Below are positions 28,435-39,653 of a DNA stretch of 64,000 bases, piece after piece. The stretch covers positions 96,001-160,000 of the forward strand of contig JAOZGC010000001.1 in the NCBI GenBank assembly GCA_027491915.1. Direction: 5' to 3'. The translations under genes and the position numbers were made by a program. Positions within the stretch are counted from its first letter, which is position 1, and every line of letters starts with the position of its first letter. The DNA is from Thermoproteota archaeon (lineage in GTDB: Archaea; Korarchaeota; Korarchaeia; Korarchaeales; Korarchaeaceae). The notes below the pieces were generated by a model that worked only from the letters and a program-made list of their open reading frames with translations, was not told the DNA's origin and ran no database searches.

Positions 28435-29016
28435 GTGGACCTCTTAGAGGTGCTCGCCAGGAGGAGGTCGGTCAGGTCCTACCTGCCGGATCCCCCGGAC
28501 GAGGGGGACCTGAACCTGATCCTCGAGGCGGCCTCAACCGCCCCGTCGGCAGGCGACCTCCAGGCCTACGTCTGCGTGGTGGTCAGGAGGCGAGAATCCC
28601 TAAGGAGACTGGCCGATGCCTGTTACGGCCAGGATTTCGTCGCCGAGGCGCCGGCGGCGCTGGTGTTCCTGGCGGATCCGGACAGGTCCGCCCGGAGGTA
28701 CGGCAGCAGGGGGAGGAACTTGTACTGCGTTCAGGACGCTACAATAGCCGCGTCCTACGCCCAGCTCGCCGCCGAGGACCTGGGCTACGGGAGCTGCTGG
28801 GTGGGCGCCTTCGACGACCGGTCCGTGCGGGGCGCGGTCGGGGCGGGGAGGGAGCTGATCCCCATAGCCGTGATTCCCCTGGGGAGGCCGGCTGAGATCC
28901 CGGAGGTCACCCCCAGGAGGCCTATCCCGGAGGTGTTCAGGCTGGAGGACGTAGGGACCCCTTTCCCGCATCGACCCGTCAGGAGGGATCTCCTCAGACC
29001 CGCTGCCCGTTTTTAA
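28435..29016 (+). CDS. Nitroreductase-family flavoprotein
   Basis: RRSVRSY, APSAG, GYGSCWVGAF. Confidence 0.93.
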   Translation: MDLLEVLARRRSVRSYLPDPPDEGDLNLILEAASTAPSAGDLQAYVCVVVRRRESLRRLADACYGQDFVAEAPAALVFLADPDRSARRYGSRGRNLYCVQDATIAASYAQLAAEDLGYGSCWVGAFDDRSVRGAVGAGRELIPIAVIPLGRPAEIPEVTPRRPIPEVFRLEDVGTPFPHRPVRRDLLRPAARF

Positions 29017-29040
29017 TAGAATTCCGCCCCCGGTGATCCC

Positions 29041-29397
29041 ATGCCGACGCCGCCTGCCGCGGGCGCGGTGAGACTCGTCGTGGGATTCTTGATTAACGCG
29101 CTGGTGCTCTGGATTGCCCAGAAGGCCGTCCTGCCGTCTGACAAGGAGAAAGGCCTGCTCTCTGTGGCAGCGCTGGCCCTGCTGGGATCGGTGGTCAGCT
29201 GGTTCCTGTCTGCGGTCATCCCCTTCTGGCTCCTCTACGAGCTGGTCTACCTGGCGGTCTGGATCTGGATGATAGCCAAGTGGTTCGACGTTGGATACGT
29301 CCTGGCGGCCGCCATAGCCTTCGTGGCCTGGCTGGTGCACCTGGCGGTGGGCCTGGTCATAGGCGCCGTGAAGCTGGCGGCGTCCGTGCTGCCGTGA
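29041..29397 (+). CDS. Small multi-pass membrane protein
   Basis: About four hydrophobic helices; upstream TTTTAATA box and SD. Confidence 0.7.
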   Translation: MPTPPAAGAVRLVVGFLINALVLWIAQKAVLPSDKEKGLLSVAALALLGSVVSWFLSAVIPFWLLYELVYLAVWIWMIAKWFDVGYVLAAAIAFVAWLVHLAVGLVIGAVKLAASVLP

Positions 29398-29424
29398 CCG
29401 AGCGGAAGACGCTTCGCCGGGGAG

Positions 29425-31287
29425 GTGGTGTTAGTGGTGGTCGAGATGGCCTCGGGTTCCCGCGGGGGCCGCCTGCTGGTTGGCCTGGCGGCGGTCCTGG
29501 CTTTCCTGGCGGTAGCCCCCGCGGTTCCGACCCTGTCCGAGGAGCAGGGGTACCCGCCGGGGGAGCCGATATCGGGGATCTACTACCCGAGGATAGTTGC
29601 GCCGGCCATCGTGGCCCCGGGATCGAGCTTCCAGGCGTGGGTGTCCGGGGAGGGGATAACCCCATCCTCGGCCGTCCTCGTGCCGACCTCGCCCCTGGCC
29701 GGGGAGGTGGAGCTCCAGATAGGCGGCGTTGAGAGCCGAGGCGGGCTGACCAGGGTGACGCTGTCCGTGCCGGAGGACGCCGCCCTCGGACTCTACGGCC
29801 TCCGCCTCGAGACCCCCAGCGGGACCCTCTCGGAGCCGAGGTCCGTGGCCGTAGTGAACCAGTCGAAGGGATCCCTCCTGGTGGCCCAGATCACCGACTC
29901 CCACATGTCTTTCCAGGGAATAAGGAGGAGGGCCATAGGAACTTTCCTCAGGTCCCTGCAGGCCGCCGAGGCCATGGGGGCCGACGTGATCCTCCTGACC
30001 GGGGACATCCTAGACGCCAACGCGGCCAGGCCGGAGTACGAGTGGTTCAGGAATCTCCTCTCCGAGGAGGGACCGGACGTTCCCATCCTGTTCGTCCTGG
30101 GGAACAGCGAGGACTACAGGGAGAGGAAGAAGCCGCTGAACCTCATCTACCTGACCCCCAGGAACTACACCGCCAGGTACGGACCCGTCGAGTTCTTCGT
30201 CTGGAACACCGACACCGGGAAGCCGGACGAGGTGCAGCCGGGGTGGAGGGACTGGCTGGACTCCGTCACGGCGGCCTCGGACGCCCCCACCAAGGTCATA
30301 CTCCAGCACTACCCGTTCGTGTCGGAGGACTTCGGTCCCAGGGACGACGAGCTCGACATATGTGGGAGGAACGGGGTCGACGCCATCATAACGGGCCACT
30401 GGCACAGCGAGTTCCTGCTGACGAACCAGAGTCCCATCCTCGTCGTCACAGTCGCCACGGAGCCCTTCGCCAGGAAGGTGCCCGGTGGGGGTAGGAGGTA
30501 CGTCGGCTTCAGGATCATGAGGATGGACGCCGAGGGGGTCCACCTGGAGCCGGACCCGGTCAACGCCCCCGGGTTCGACGCCTCCATCCCCCTGGCCAAC
30601 CTGTCCTACGAGTACCTCTCGGACGCCCTGGGGTCCAGCCCGGCCGTCAGGATAAGCGTCAGGAACGGACTCATCTTCCCGCTGACCTTCCGCCCGACCT
30701 TCCTCCTCAGGGGGATCGGGTCGCCCCTGGAGGTCTCGGGCCATCCGGCCGAGATGTCTTACCTGGAGGCGCCGGACGGGACCCTGGTGGTATCCCTGAA
30801 CTTCACCGCCGAGCCGGGGGAGGCCTTCAACATCACGGTCTCCCCGGAGGGATACTCCGACGATTCTCCGCCAGAGTTGTCGCTGCAGGGCCCCTCGGAG
30901 TTCAAGCCCGGCGAGAAGAACGTCGTCCTGATAGACGTGAGCGACGTGGGACTTGGGGTCTCCGAAGTCAGGGTTCAGGCCAGCGCCGACAACAGGACGT
31001 GGACCGACGTCGAGGTCGAGAAGCTCTACTTTTACAAGGGGAGGGGGAGGTATATGGCCATGGTCCCAGCCCCGGAGGGTTCCTCCGGGATGTACGTGAG
31101 GGCGACCGCGGAGGACGCCGCGGGGAACTCCGCCGAGGCCAGCGCCGTCCTGGGCAGCCCCTCTGCGCCGGCTCCTGCCCAGCCCGCCCGGACGCAGGGC
31201 CAGGGCGGGGTCGACCTCATCCCGGTCGTGGCGGTGGCCGCCGTCCTGGCCGCCGCCCTGGTGGTCGCCTTGGCGAGGAGGAGGTGA
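29425..31287 (+). CDS. Secreted, membrane-anchored calcineurin-like metallophosphoesterase with Ig-like domains
   Basis: Signal peptide; DSH, TGDILD, GNSE, HYP, GHWH; C-terminal TM plus RRR. Confidence 0.85.
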   Translation: MVLVVVEMASGSRGGRLLVGLAAVLAFLAVAPAVPTLSEEQGYPPGEPISGIYYPRIVAPAIVAPGSSFQAWVSGEGITPSSAVLVPTSPLAGEVELQIGGVESRGGLTRVTLSVPEDAALGLYGLRLETPSGTLSEPRSVAVVNQSKGSLLVAQITDSHMSFQGIRRRAIGTFLRSLQAAEAMGADVILLTGDILDANAARPEYEWFRNLLSEEGPDVPILFVLGNSEDYRERKKPLNLIYLTPRNYTARYGPVEFFVWNTDTGKPDEVQPGWRDWLDSVTAASDAPTKVILQHYPFVSEDFGPRDDELDICGRNGVDAIITGHWHSEFLLTNQSPILVVTVATEPFARKVPGGGRRYVGFRIMRMDAEGVHLEPDPVNAPGFDASIPLANLSYEYLSDALGSSPAVRISVRNGLIFPLTFRPTFLLRGIGSPLEVSGHPAEMSYLEAPDGTLVVSLNFTAEPGEAFNITVSPEGYSDDSPPELSLQGPSEFKPGEKNVVLIDVSDVGLGVSEVRVQASADNRTWTDVEVEKLYFYKGRGRYMAMVPAPEGSSGMYVRATAEDAAGNSAEASAVLGSPSAPAPAQPARTQGQGGVDLIPVVAVAAVLAAALVVALARRR

Positions 31288-31323
31288 ACCCGCCGGGCGA
31301 CCATTTTTATTATTCCGCCCCCG

Positions 31324-32367
31324 GTGGGATCAGGTGATCCCTTGAGGATCCCGAAGTACGCGCTGTTGGTGGTGCCGCTGGCGGTACTCTTCGTCCTACC
31401 AGCCTTCTCCGCGATCTCCGCGCAGCAGCAGAAGGTGATAGCCCTTGACCTGACCGAGGGCAGGCCGAAGGATCCGGGCCACGAGACCGCCTGGATCCCC
31501 GCGATAGAGGGCAACCTGACCCAGGCCGGCTATAGGGTGATCGAGATAACCGACGGTATAACCCCGGAGAAGCTCCAGGGGGTCGACGCCCTTGTGGTCC
31601 CCAAGCTCTACAACGCCCAGTCCGTCTACTCGAACGCCGAGATTCGGGCCATAGCCGACTGGTTCAAGGAGGGCGACAAGTTCCTCTGGATAGGGGCGGA
31701 CAGCGACTGGGTCGAGGACTACCTGAAGGACACCGGCTGCGGGTTCAAGACCGTGAACCCGAACAAGATCCTGGAGGCCGTGGGCTCTCACCTGAGGCTG
31801 GATCCCTGCAGCATAGAGGACCCGGAGACCAACGCTGGGGCGCCCTACAGGGTTGTGTCGAACCACACCAACAAGCAGCCGTGGGCCTCCGAGATAACCC
31901 AGGGCGTGACCCAGGTCCTGTTCCACGGGCCGACCCACGTGATCGGGTATAAGGACGGACAGTACGTCCCGCTCGATCAGGTCCTGGGCGACAACCTCAT
32001 GTGGCTCTTCGAGACGACGCCGGGCAAGGGCGTGGTGGTCGACCACGACGACGACCCGACCAGCTACGTCTACCAGGAGGGGGACAACATAACCGCCTAC
32101 CTGGCCGCCGCCGAGAAGGTGGACGTCGGCGGGGGCAAGATCAGCAAGGTGATAGTGACCGGGGAGTCCCTCATAGGAGACAGGTGCGTGTTCAACTGGG
32201 AGTACCACGGGGTCAGGCTCGACGGCCCCAAGTTCGTCATGAACGCCTTCGCCTGGGGCCTCAAGCCGGAGTCCGCGCCTGGACCGGGAATGGACGTGAT
32301 AATAGGGGGCATAGTGGTCATAGTGATCATAGTGGCTGTCCTCTACTTCGCCCTGGCCAAGAAGTGA
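31324..32367 (+). CDS. Secreted, C-terminally anchored protein (GldG/DUF4350-like fold suspected)
   Basis: Signal peptide; alpha/beta pattern ITPEKLQGVDALVV...EIRAIADWF; C-terminal TM plus KK. Confidence 0.7.
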   Translation: MGSGDPLRIPKYALLVVPLAVLFVLPAFSAISAQQQKVIALDLTEGRPKDPGHETAWIPAIEGNLTQAGYRVIEITDGITPEKLQGVDALVVPKLYNAQSVYSNAEIRAIADWFKEGDKFLWIGADSDWVEDYLKDTGCGFKTVNPNKILEAVGSHLRLDPCSIEDPETNAGAPYRVVSNHTNKQPWASEITQGVTQVLFHGPTHVIGYKDGQYVPLDQVLGDNLMWLFETTPGKGVVVDHDDDPTSYVYQEGDNITAYLAAAEKVDVGGGKISKVIVTGESLIGDRCVFNWEYHGVRLDGPKFVMNAFAWGLKPESAPGPGMDVIIGGIVVIVIIVAVLYFALAKK

Positions 32368-32374
32368 GCCCGAG

Positions 32375-32414
32375 GGGGCGCGGCGGCGCGCCCCACCAAT
32401 CCCTTTTTCTTATT
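32375..32414 (+). terminator. GC hairpin followed by T-rich tract
   Basis: GGGGCGCG-gcgg-CGCGCCCC then TTTTTCTTATT, just after the stop at 32367. Confidence 0.5.
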
Positions 32415-32451
32415 CGTCTCCCGCCTCCGGACCAAGGGAGGGATCCCCAAG

Positions 32452-33864
32452 TTGAGACCCGGTTCGGTGGGGGCGAGGACGATAGCCCTCGCCGTCGTCG
32501 TAGTGGTCCTTATCGGAGCCGCGGCCCTCTTCCTGATGCCGAAGGCGGGCGGCGGAGGGGGAGGCGGCAGGCCGAAGAGGAAGGGCATAGAGCTGAAGGT
32601 GGTGACCAGGCACGACTCCGCCATATTCCTGCTGTACAAGGAGGAGTTTCTGAAGTCGGACCTGGCGCGGGAGTACAACATATCAGACGTCAGGTTCCTC
32701 CCGACCCGACCGGCCCTCTGGGCCAAGACCATAAGGGACAACAAGGTCGACATAGGCTGGGGAGGCGGGCCAACCCTTTTCGACGACATGCTCTCCCAGG
32801 GACTGCTGGCCCCGATCACCGATCCGGACACCCTAGCCGAGATTGAGGCGATCCCGGACGAGATAGCAGGCGGGCCCATGAAGAGGGTGGTCGACGGCCA
32901 GGTCTACTGGGTGGCCGCCGCCATAAGCTCGTTCGGCATGACGGTCAACACCCACTTCCTGGGCGAGTACAACCTGCCGGAGCCGCAGATGTGGGAGGAC
33001 CTGGCGTCCGAGGCCTACGCCCGGGTACTCCCGACCCCCGTCGTGGCCTTCGCCAGGGCGACCACCTCGACCAGCCACACCAGGATATACGAGATAATCC
33101 TCCAGAAGTTCGGCTGGGACAGGGGGTGGAGTCTCATAGCCCTGCTGACCGCCAACGGGAGGCCGTACGGCGGATCCGTCGAGGCCCAGACCGCGGTGGA
33201 GAGCGGGGAAGTCGGGGTCTCCATATCCATAGACTTCTACGGCTACACCTCCCAGATACAGAATCCGGCGTGCAAGTACGTCCTGCCCCAGAACGAGTCC
33301 ATAGTGAACGGAGACCCGATCGCCCTGACCTCCGTTTCGGAGCACCCCGAGGCTGCCCAAGCCTTCATAAGGTTCGTCCTCTCCATAGACGGCCAGAAGC
33401 TGTGGCTCAACAGGAGGATCAACAGGATGCCCGTCAGGGGAGAGGTGTTCCAGACCCCAGAGGGTCAGCAGAGGCCTGACCTGTACGAGAGGTACCAGGC
33501 CACGATGAACAACATAGGGATCGAGTTCAACGACAGCGAGGCCCTCAGCTACGAGCACGCCATCAGGGAGTGGCTGGACGCCGCCCTGGTGGAGAACCAC
33601 GAGCTGCTGGTCCAGGCCTGGTCCAGCCTGGTCAGGGCCAGGGACCAGGGGCTGATAGACAACGCCACCTTCGAGCAGCTCAAGTGGGAGCTGACCAAGC
33701 CGCCGACCTGGCAGGGGACCACCTGGACCAAGGAGTACGCCCAGTCGGTCAACGACCGCATAGCGACGGACCCCGAGTTCCTCTCCCAGTTCAGGAGCAT
33801 GTGGAGACAGGCGATGGAGGCCCAGATTCGGTCGGTCCTCGATCAGATACCTCCCACCGGCTGA
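32452..33864 (+). CDS. ABC substrate-binding protein (AfuA/FbpA-like family)
   Basis: N-terminal TM anchor, DIGWGGG, IDFYG, HPEAAQAFIRFVLS. Confidence 0.88.
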   Translation: MRPGSVGARTIALAVVVVVLIGAAALFLMPKAGGGGGGGRPKRKGIELKVVTRHDSAIFLLYKEEFLKSDLAREYNISDVRFLPTRPALWAKTIRDNKVDIGWGGGPTLFDDMLSQGLLAPITDPDTLAEIEAIPDEIAGGPMKRVVDGQVYWVAAAISSFGMTVNTHFLGEYNLPEPQMWEDLASEAYARVLPTPVVAFARATTSTSHTRIYEIILQKFGWDRGWSLIALLTANGRPYGGSVEAQTAVESGEVGVSISIDFYGYTSQIQNPACKYVLPQNESIVNGDPIALTSVSEHPEAAQAFIRFVLSIDGQKLWLNRRINRMPVRGEVFQTPEGQQRPDLYERYQATMNNIGIEFNDSEALSYEHAIREWLDAALVENHELLVQAWSSLVRARDQGLIDNATFEQLKWELTKPPTWQGTTWTKEYAQSVNDRIATDPEFLSQFRSMWRQAMEAQIRSVLDQIPPTG

Positions 33865-33881
33865 GGGGCGGGTGTGTGTAG

Positions 33882-35687
33882 GTGAGCAGGGACCCCCTCA
33901 TCCTGGGAATGCTGGCCGTCTCGCTGGGCCTCTTCACGGCGGTGCTGCTGATACCCATGTTCGAGATAGTGGCCAACGCCTTCTGGTACCAGGGATCGCC
34001 GTCAACCTACTGGCTGGAGTACGTCCTGAGGGACCCGTTCTACTTCCCCGTGAGCGCTTGGGTCGACGGGCGGGTCCCCTTTCTCCACCTGGAGATAACC
34101 ACTGTGGGCAGCCCTTACACGATAAGGGGGGACACCTTGATAATATCGGGCGTCGACTACGGGGTGATCCTCAACACCCTCATGGTGGCCGTCACGGTGA
34201 CCCTGATATCGACCGCCATCGGGGTCACCCTGGCCTTCTTCTTCTCCAGGTACTCCTTCCCCGGGGCCAACGCCCTCAGGACAGCCATGATGGTCCCGAT
34301 ATTGACCACTCCCTTCGTGGGCGCGGTGGGGCTCAGGAGGATGATCTCCATCCACGGGACCCTGAACACCATATTCTACGACTACCTGCACCTCCTCCCC
34401 TACAGGGTGGTCTTCGATGGGCTCGCCGCCGTGATCCTGGTCCAGAGCCTGGTCTTCTATCCCATCGTGATGATCAACGCCTACGCCACCATGGTGTCCA
34501 TAGATCCGACCATGGAGGAGCAGGCCGAGATATTCGGGTCCAGCGGCTTCAAGCTGTTCAGGACCATAACCCTGCCGCTGGCCATGCCCGGGATAGAGGC
34601 GGGATCCCTGCTCGTCTTCATCCTGAGCCTGGAGGACCTGGGGACCCCCATAGTCTTCCAGGGGTCCAACGCGGAGAAGCTCCTGACCTACCAGATATTC
34701 ACCAAGATATTCTCTCAGACCGGGCTAATACTGCCAGAGGGGACGGCCCTGGCCTTCTACCTCCTGTTCTTCTCCATGGTGGCCTTCTTCGTGATAAGGA
34801 AGTACGTGGCCCTGAAGCAGTACGCCATGCTCAGCAGGGGCGGGACCTGGAGGCCCAGGACCAGGAGGATAGGGGCGGCCAGGACCATTCTGGTCTACGC
34901 CGTGTCCCTGACCATCCTGTTCTTTGCCCTCCTGCCGCACATTGGGGTCATCCTCCTCTCCGTGGCTGACACCTGGGGGCCGTCCCCGATACCCGAATCT
35001 TTCTCTCTCAAGAACTTCAGGTTCATAGTCGAGGACCATCTCACCTTCAGCTCCGTCAGGAACAGCCTGATCTACAGCACGGTGGCCACCCTCATCATAA
35101 TGGTGGTCGGCTCTGGCGCCGCGTACGTCGTGTCCAGGGAGGGGGGAAGGTGGTCCGAGATCCTCAACTACCTCGCCACCATGCCCATAGCCGTCCCCGG
35201 GATAGTCGTGGCCGCCGGCCTCTTCTACACCTACTCCGCAACCCCCCTGAATCCCGTGATCAACCCGGCCTACCTGCTGACCCTGGCCTACTCGGTGAGG
35301 AGGATGCCCTTCACGGTGAGATCCGCCTTCGCCGGCATGCTCCAGACCCACGTCAACTTGGAGGAGGCTGCCTGGAATCTGGGGGCCAGCAGGACCAGGG
35401 CCTTCTTCAACGTGGTGGTCCCCCTGGTGCTCCCAAACGTGATAGGGGGGGCCATGCTCAGCTTCGTGTACTGCATGTCCGAGGTGAGCACCAGCCTGGT
35501 GCTGGGCGGGGCGAACCCTGCCTTCGCCCCCATAACCTGGAAGATGGCCGACATCCTCTACTCGCTGGGAGGAGGTCAGTTCCCGACGGCCGCCCTGGGG
35601 GTGCTCCTCATGTCCCTCCAGCTGGCCGCCATAGTAGGCTCGAACGTCCTGCTCAAGCAGAGGGTGTCCGCCCTGGTCGGGGCTTGA
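33882..35687 (+). CDS. ABC permease with two TM modules (AfuB/FbpB-like)
   Basis: Two EAA-loop motifs ([18 protein letters not shown]). Confidence 0.92.
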   Translation: MSRDPLILGMLAVSLGLFTAVLLIPMFEIVANAFWYQGSPSTYWLEYVLRDPFYFPVSAWVDGRVPFLHLEITTVGSPYTIRGDTLIISGVDYGVILNTLMVAVTVTLISTAIGVTLAFFFSRYSFPGANALRTAMMVPILTTPFVGAVGLRRMISIHGTLNTIFYDYLHLLPYRVVFDGLAAVILVQSLVFYPIVMINAYATMVSIDPTMEEQAEIFGSSGFKLFRTITLPLAMPGIEAGSLLVFILSLEDLGTPIVFQGSNAEKLLTYQIFTKIFSQTGLILPEGTALAFYLLFFSMVAFFVIRKYVALKQYAMLSRGGTWRPRTRRIGAARTILVYAVSLTILFFALLPHIGVILLSVADTWGPSPIPESFSLKNFRFIVEDHLTFSSVRNSLIYSTVATLIIMVVGSGAAYVVSREGGRWSEILNYLATMPIAVPGIVVAAGLFYTYSATPLNPVINPAYLLTLAYSVRRMPFTVRSAFAGMLQTHVNLEEAAWNLGASRTRAFFNVVVPLVLPNVIGGAMLSFVYCMSEVSTSLVLGGANPAFAPITWKMADILYSLGGGQFPTAALGVLLMSLQLAAIVGSNVLLKQRVSALVGA

Positions 35688-35688
35688 G

Positions 35689-36762
35689 GTGTCTAATATG
35701 GTGTCCATAAGGACCGAGGAGATAACCAAGAGGTTCGGCGACGTCGTCGCCTTGGACGGCGTCTCCCTGAACGTGAGGGAGGGCGAATTCTTCGCCCTCC
35801 TCGGACCGAGCGGGTGCGGCAAGACGACCCTGCTCCGAGTGATAGCCGGGCTCGAGAGGCAGGACGAGGGCAGGGTTTACTTCGACGGGAGGGACGTTTC
35901 CGATCTCCCTCCCCACGAGAGGAGGGTGGCCATGGTGTTCCAGAACTACGCCCTCTGGCCCCACATGACCGTGTTCGACAACGTGGCCTACGGGCTGAAG
36001 TTGAAGGGGCTCCCCAAGGAGGAGATAGCGGAGAAGGTCAGGTGGGCCCTGAGGCTCGTCAGGCTGGAGGGCATGGAGGACCGGACCCCCTTCCAGCTGA
36101 GCGGGGGCCAGCAGCAGAGGGTGGCCCTGGCCCGGGCCCTCGCCGTCGAGCCTGAGGCGCTGCTGCTGGACGAGCCGCTGAGCAACCTGGACGCCAAGCT
36201 CAGATTGGAGATGAGGGGAGAGCTCAGGAAGCTCCAGAGGGAACTTGGCGTGACTGCGGTCTACGTCACCCACGATCAGGAGGAGGCGATGAGTCTCGCC
36301 GACAGGATAGCGGTCATGAACAGGGGGAGGATACTCCAGGTGGGGACGCCGGCCGAGATATACGAGAGGCCCGCCAACTACTTCGTCGCCGACTTCATAG
36401 GGCAGAGCACCTTCATACCGGGGACCGTGAGGTCCGCCTCCGGCGAGGTGTACGAGGTGGAGACCAACTTGGGGGTAATGAGGGCCGTCCCCAGCACCCC
36501 CGGGTCGGACTTCCACCCCGGCGAGGAGGTCATCTTGGCCGTCCGACCGGAGAACCTGCGCCTCGGGTGCGGCCGGGGATCCAACGAGGTGGAGGTCAAG
36601 GTGGTGCACGTGGCCTACCTGGGGAAGCACCTCCGCCTCCTCGGAGAGGCTGACGGCATAAGGGTCGTGGCCGAGCTGGACAAGGACTCCGAGGTGGGCT
36701 CCGGAGAGACCGTCCGGCTGTGCGCCGATCCCGAGGACGTCCTCATCATAAGGAGGTCCTAG
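35689..36762 (+). CDS. ABC ATPase with TOBE domain (AfuC/PotA-like)
   Basis: [28 protein letters not shown]. Confidence 0.95.
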   Translation: MSNMVSIRTEEITKRFGDVVALDGVSLNVREGEFFALLGPSGCGKTTLLRVIAGLERQDEGRVYFDGRDVSDLPPHERRVAMVFQNYALWPHMTVFDNVAYGLKLKGLPKEEIAEKVRWALRLVRLEGMEDRTPFQLSGGQQQRVALARALAVEPEALLLDEPLSNLDAKLRLEMRGELRKLQRELGVTAVYVTHDQEEAMSLADRIAVMNRGRILQVGTPAEIYERPANYFVADFIGQSTFIPGTVRSASGEVYEVETNLGVMRAVPSTPGSDFHPGEEVILAVRPENLRLGCGRGSNEVEVKVVHVAYLGKHLRLLGEADGIRVVAELDKDSEVGSGETVRLCADPEDVLIIRRS

Positions 36763-36828
36763 GCCGGGCCAGCCGGATCGGCGGCCGGAGGGGCTCCCCT
36801 TTTATCTCCCCCGGGAGGCTCCCCCCAC

Positions 36829-38700
36829 GTGGAGCTCTTCCCCTACGAGCCTCGCCCCGGCCAGGAGGAGCTGATCGCGCTCGTCAGGAGGGCGGCGGAG
36901 AGGGGGGAGAGGCTGTGCGTCCACGCCCCGACCGGCTTCGGGAAGACCCCCGCCGTGCTGGCCGGCCTCCTCCAGGCGGCCAGGACCAGGGGGCTGAGGA
37001 TCCTGTGGGCCGTCAGGACGGGCAACGAGACGGACAGGCCGATAGAAGAGCTGAAGGAGCTGGCCAGATCCAGGGGAATCGCCGTCCCCGCCCTCTCCAT
37101 CAGGGGGAAGAGGGACATGTGCCTCCTCGGGAGGAGGCTGGGCGTGTCGGATTACGCCGGGGTCAGCGCCCTCTGCAGGCTCAGGAGGAGGGACTGCCCT
37201 TACTTCTCCAGGCTGACCGAGGTGATCCCCTCCCTCGACGGGCCAAAGACCTTCTCCGAGGTGCTTACCGAGGCCAAGTCCATGGGGGTCTGCCCGTACT
37301 TCTACCAGCTGCGCCTGCTGGAGGACGCGACGCTGGTGAGCCTCAGCTACAACTACGTCCTCGGCCCAACCGGCCGGGTCCTCAGGAGGGCCTTCAGATT
37401 CAGCAAGTCCATCCTGGTGGTAGACGAGGCCCACAACATACCCGACGCGGCCTGCAGCCTGAACTCGGACTCCATCACCCTAAACACGGTTGACAGGGCA
37501 ATCTCCGAGATAATCAAGTACTTCCCCGAGGAGACCGACCTGGTCCAGAAGGTGAGGGCCCTCAGGGCGGCCATGGAGGCGGTCTCCGGGCCGGTGACCG
37601 AGGACTCCACCTTCTCGCCGACGGACCTGCTGGTGGAGTCGGGCGTTGGCGACGAGGATCTGGAGAGGATGGCCTCCCTGGGGGAGGCGGTGTACAGGGC
37701 CCGGATAGAGGAGGGGAAGGTGCCCAGGTCCTACCTCCACAGGCTGGCCGAGTTCCTCTCCCTGGCCTCGGCGTCCGTGGGGGAGGAGGGGGTGGCCTTC
37801 CTGGTGACCAGGGAGTCCCGTGGGGTCAGATTCGAGGTCTGGGACATGAGGGCCCCCGAGATACTCGGGGAGGTCTGGCCCTCCTTCAGGGCGGTCGTGC
37901 TCATGTCCGGCACCCTGGCCCCGGTGGAGACGTTCGCCGAGGTGGCCGGCCTGGAGGGATGCTCCTCCAAGGTGTTCCCGTCCATGGCGGACCCCTCGAA
38001 GGTGGTCTCCCTGATAACCGCCGGGCTGACCACCAGGGGGGAGAAGATGTCAGAGGAGATGGTCGACGGCTATGTGGAGACGATCGGAGATTTCATATCG
38101 GCGGTTCCGGCCAACGTGGCCGTTTTCTCGGCGAGCTACAGGATACAGGGAGAGATACTCCCCGGGCTGGCGGAGGCCGCGGCCGAGACCGGCAGGAGGC
38201 TCCTGGTTGAGAGCGAGGGGATGACGGGTGACGAGGCCGCCAGGGTCCTCGCCGAGCTGAAGTCGGCAGCCAGGTCGGGGCATCACGCCGTCCTGGTCGC
38301 CCCGATGGGTGGGAGATTCGCCGAAGGAGCGGATCTGCCCGGGGAAGAGCTCGCCGCGGTCTTCCTGGTTGGGATACCCTTCGACAGGCCCAACACGAGG
38401 ACCAGGCTGAAGATCTCCTACTACTCCAGGCTCTTCCCCGGGAGGGGGAGGTTCATAGCCTACGTCGTGCCGGCCCTGAGGAGGGCGTCTCAGGCCCTGG
38501 GTAGGGTGATACGCTCCAGGTCTGAGGGGGGAGCCTTCGTTCTCGGGGACGAGAGGTACTCCTTCCGGAGGTACTTCGAGCTCCTCCCGGACTACGTCAG
38601 GACTACGGCCCGCGTCGTCAGGCCCTACGAGGTCGGGGACGAGGTCAGGTCCTGGTCCGAGGGGGCCCTCAAACGCCGTGGCGGTCCAGCAACTCCCTGA
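36829..38700 (+). CDS. xpd: XPD/Rad3/DinG-family Fe-S DNA helicase
   Basis: APTGFGKT, four Fe-S Cys ending in CPY, DEAH, SGTL, QALGRVIR. Confidence 0.92.
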   Translation: MELFPYEPRPGQEELIALVRRAAERGERLCVHAPTGFGKTPAVLAGLLQAARTRGLRILWAVRTGNETDRPIEELKELARSRGIAVPALSIRGKRDMCLLGRRLGVSDYAGVSALCRLRRRDCPYFSRLTEVIPSLDGPKTFSEVLTEAKSMGVCPYFYQLRLLEDATLVSLSYNYVLGPTGRVLRRAFRFSKSILVVDEAHNIPDAACSLNSDSITLNTVDRAISEIIKYFPEETDLVQKVRALRAAMEAVSGPVTEDSTFSPTDLLVESGVGDEDLERMASLGEAVYRARIEEGKVPRSYLHRLAEFLSLASASVGEEGVAFLVTRESRGVRFEVWDMRAPEILGEVWPSFRAVVLMSGTLAPVETFAEVAGLEGCSSKVFPSMADPSKVVSLITAGLTTRGEKMSEEMVDGYVETIGDFISAVPANVAVFSASYRIQGEILPGLAEAAAETGRRLLVESEGMTGDEAARVLAELKSAARSGHHAVLVAPMGGRFAEGADLPGEELAAVFLVGIPFDRPNTRTRLKISYYSRLFPGRGRFIAYVVPALRRASQALGRVIRSRSEGGAFVLGDERYSFRRYFELLPDYVRTTARVVRPYEVGDEVRSWSEGALKRRGGPATP

Positions 38701-39559
38701 TGAAGGGCGGCAGGTTCGACAGGCCGACGTGAACCTCGGGGGTGTAGAACCTCGTCCTGCCCTCGAGCCCCCTCTCCTCGTACCTCCGCCTCAGCTCGGC
38801 CGGGGGTACTTCGAGATCCGCGTCCCTCGATCCCAGGACGAAGGCCCACATCCCGCTCTGGTATGAGGGGACGAAACCGAGGATGACCTTGACCCTCCCG
38901 AGAACCCTCTTCACGGTGGCGCAAAGCGAGCCCGTCACGTCTGGGTACAGGAAGGGGGTCTCACCCTGGGCCTCCACGATCCCCCCCTCCAGGAGCACCC
39001 TCGCGACCCCCGAGTAGAACCGATCGGAGAACAGCGGGGAGGCCTCGCCTATGGGGTCTGTGCTGTCCACCACGACGACGTCGAACCTCTCTCCCGTCTC
39101 CTCGACGTACCTCACACCGTCCCCTATCACCAGCTCGTGCCTGGGGTCTGAGTACCCGGAGGATAGCCCCGGGAGGAATCTCCTGGCGGCCTCCACAACG
39201 GCGGCGTCCAGCTCCACCTGAACCACCCTCTCGACCGTCGGGTGCTTCAAGACCTCCCTCACGGCCCCGCCGTCCCCTCCCCCCACGACTAGCACCCTCC
39301 TGGGGTCCGGGTGGGTCAGCATGGCCGGGTGGACGAGCATCTCGTGGTAGAGGAACTCGTCCCTCTCCGTGAGCTGGATCCTGCTGTCGAGGGCGAGCAC
39401 CCTACCCATCTCGTAGCTGTCGAAGACGTCTATCCTCTGGTGGTCGCTGATCTCGGATAGGAGGAACCTGCGCACCCTGAGGCTGATCCTGAGATCCTCC
39501 GTCTGCATCTCAGAGTACCAGCACTCCGGTTTCCCCCCTCTGATCTCCGGTATCGTCAG
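38669..39559 (-). CDS. speE: Polyamine aminopropyltransferase (spermidine synthase)
   Basis: YHEMLVHP, GGGDGG, DSTDP. The conserved WYSE lies upstream of ATG 39508, implying CTG 39559 as start. Confidence 0.93.
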   Translation of the reverse strand: MTIPEIRGGKPECWYSEMQTEDLRISLRVRRFLLSEISDHQRIDVFDSYEMGRVLALDSRIQLTERDEFLYHEMLVHPAMLTHPDPRRVLVVGGGDGGAVREVLKHPTVERVVQVELDAAVVEAARRFLPGLSSGYSDPRHELVIGDGVRYVEETGERFDVVVVDSTDPIGEASPLFSDRFYSGVARVLLEGGIVEAQGETPFLYPDVTGSLCATVKRVLGRVKVILGFVPSYQSGMWAFVLGSRDADLEVPPAELRRRYEERGLEGRTRFYTPEVHVGLSNLPPFIRELLDRHGV

Positions 39560-39653
39560 CTCTCACACCCCTGCCGCCCGATTAACCTGACCTGCCTTAT
39601 AACCCATCCACGACGATCTGATCCTACTAACGGAGGGCCGGCCGGCTGGCGGA

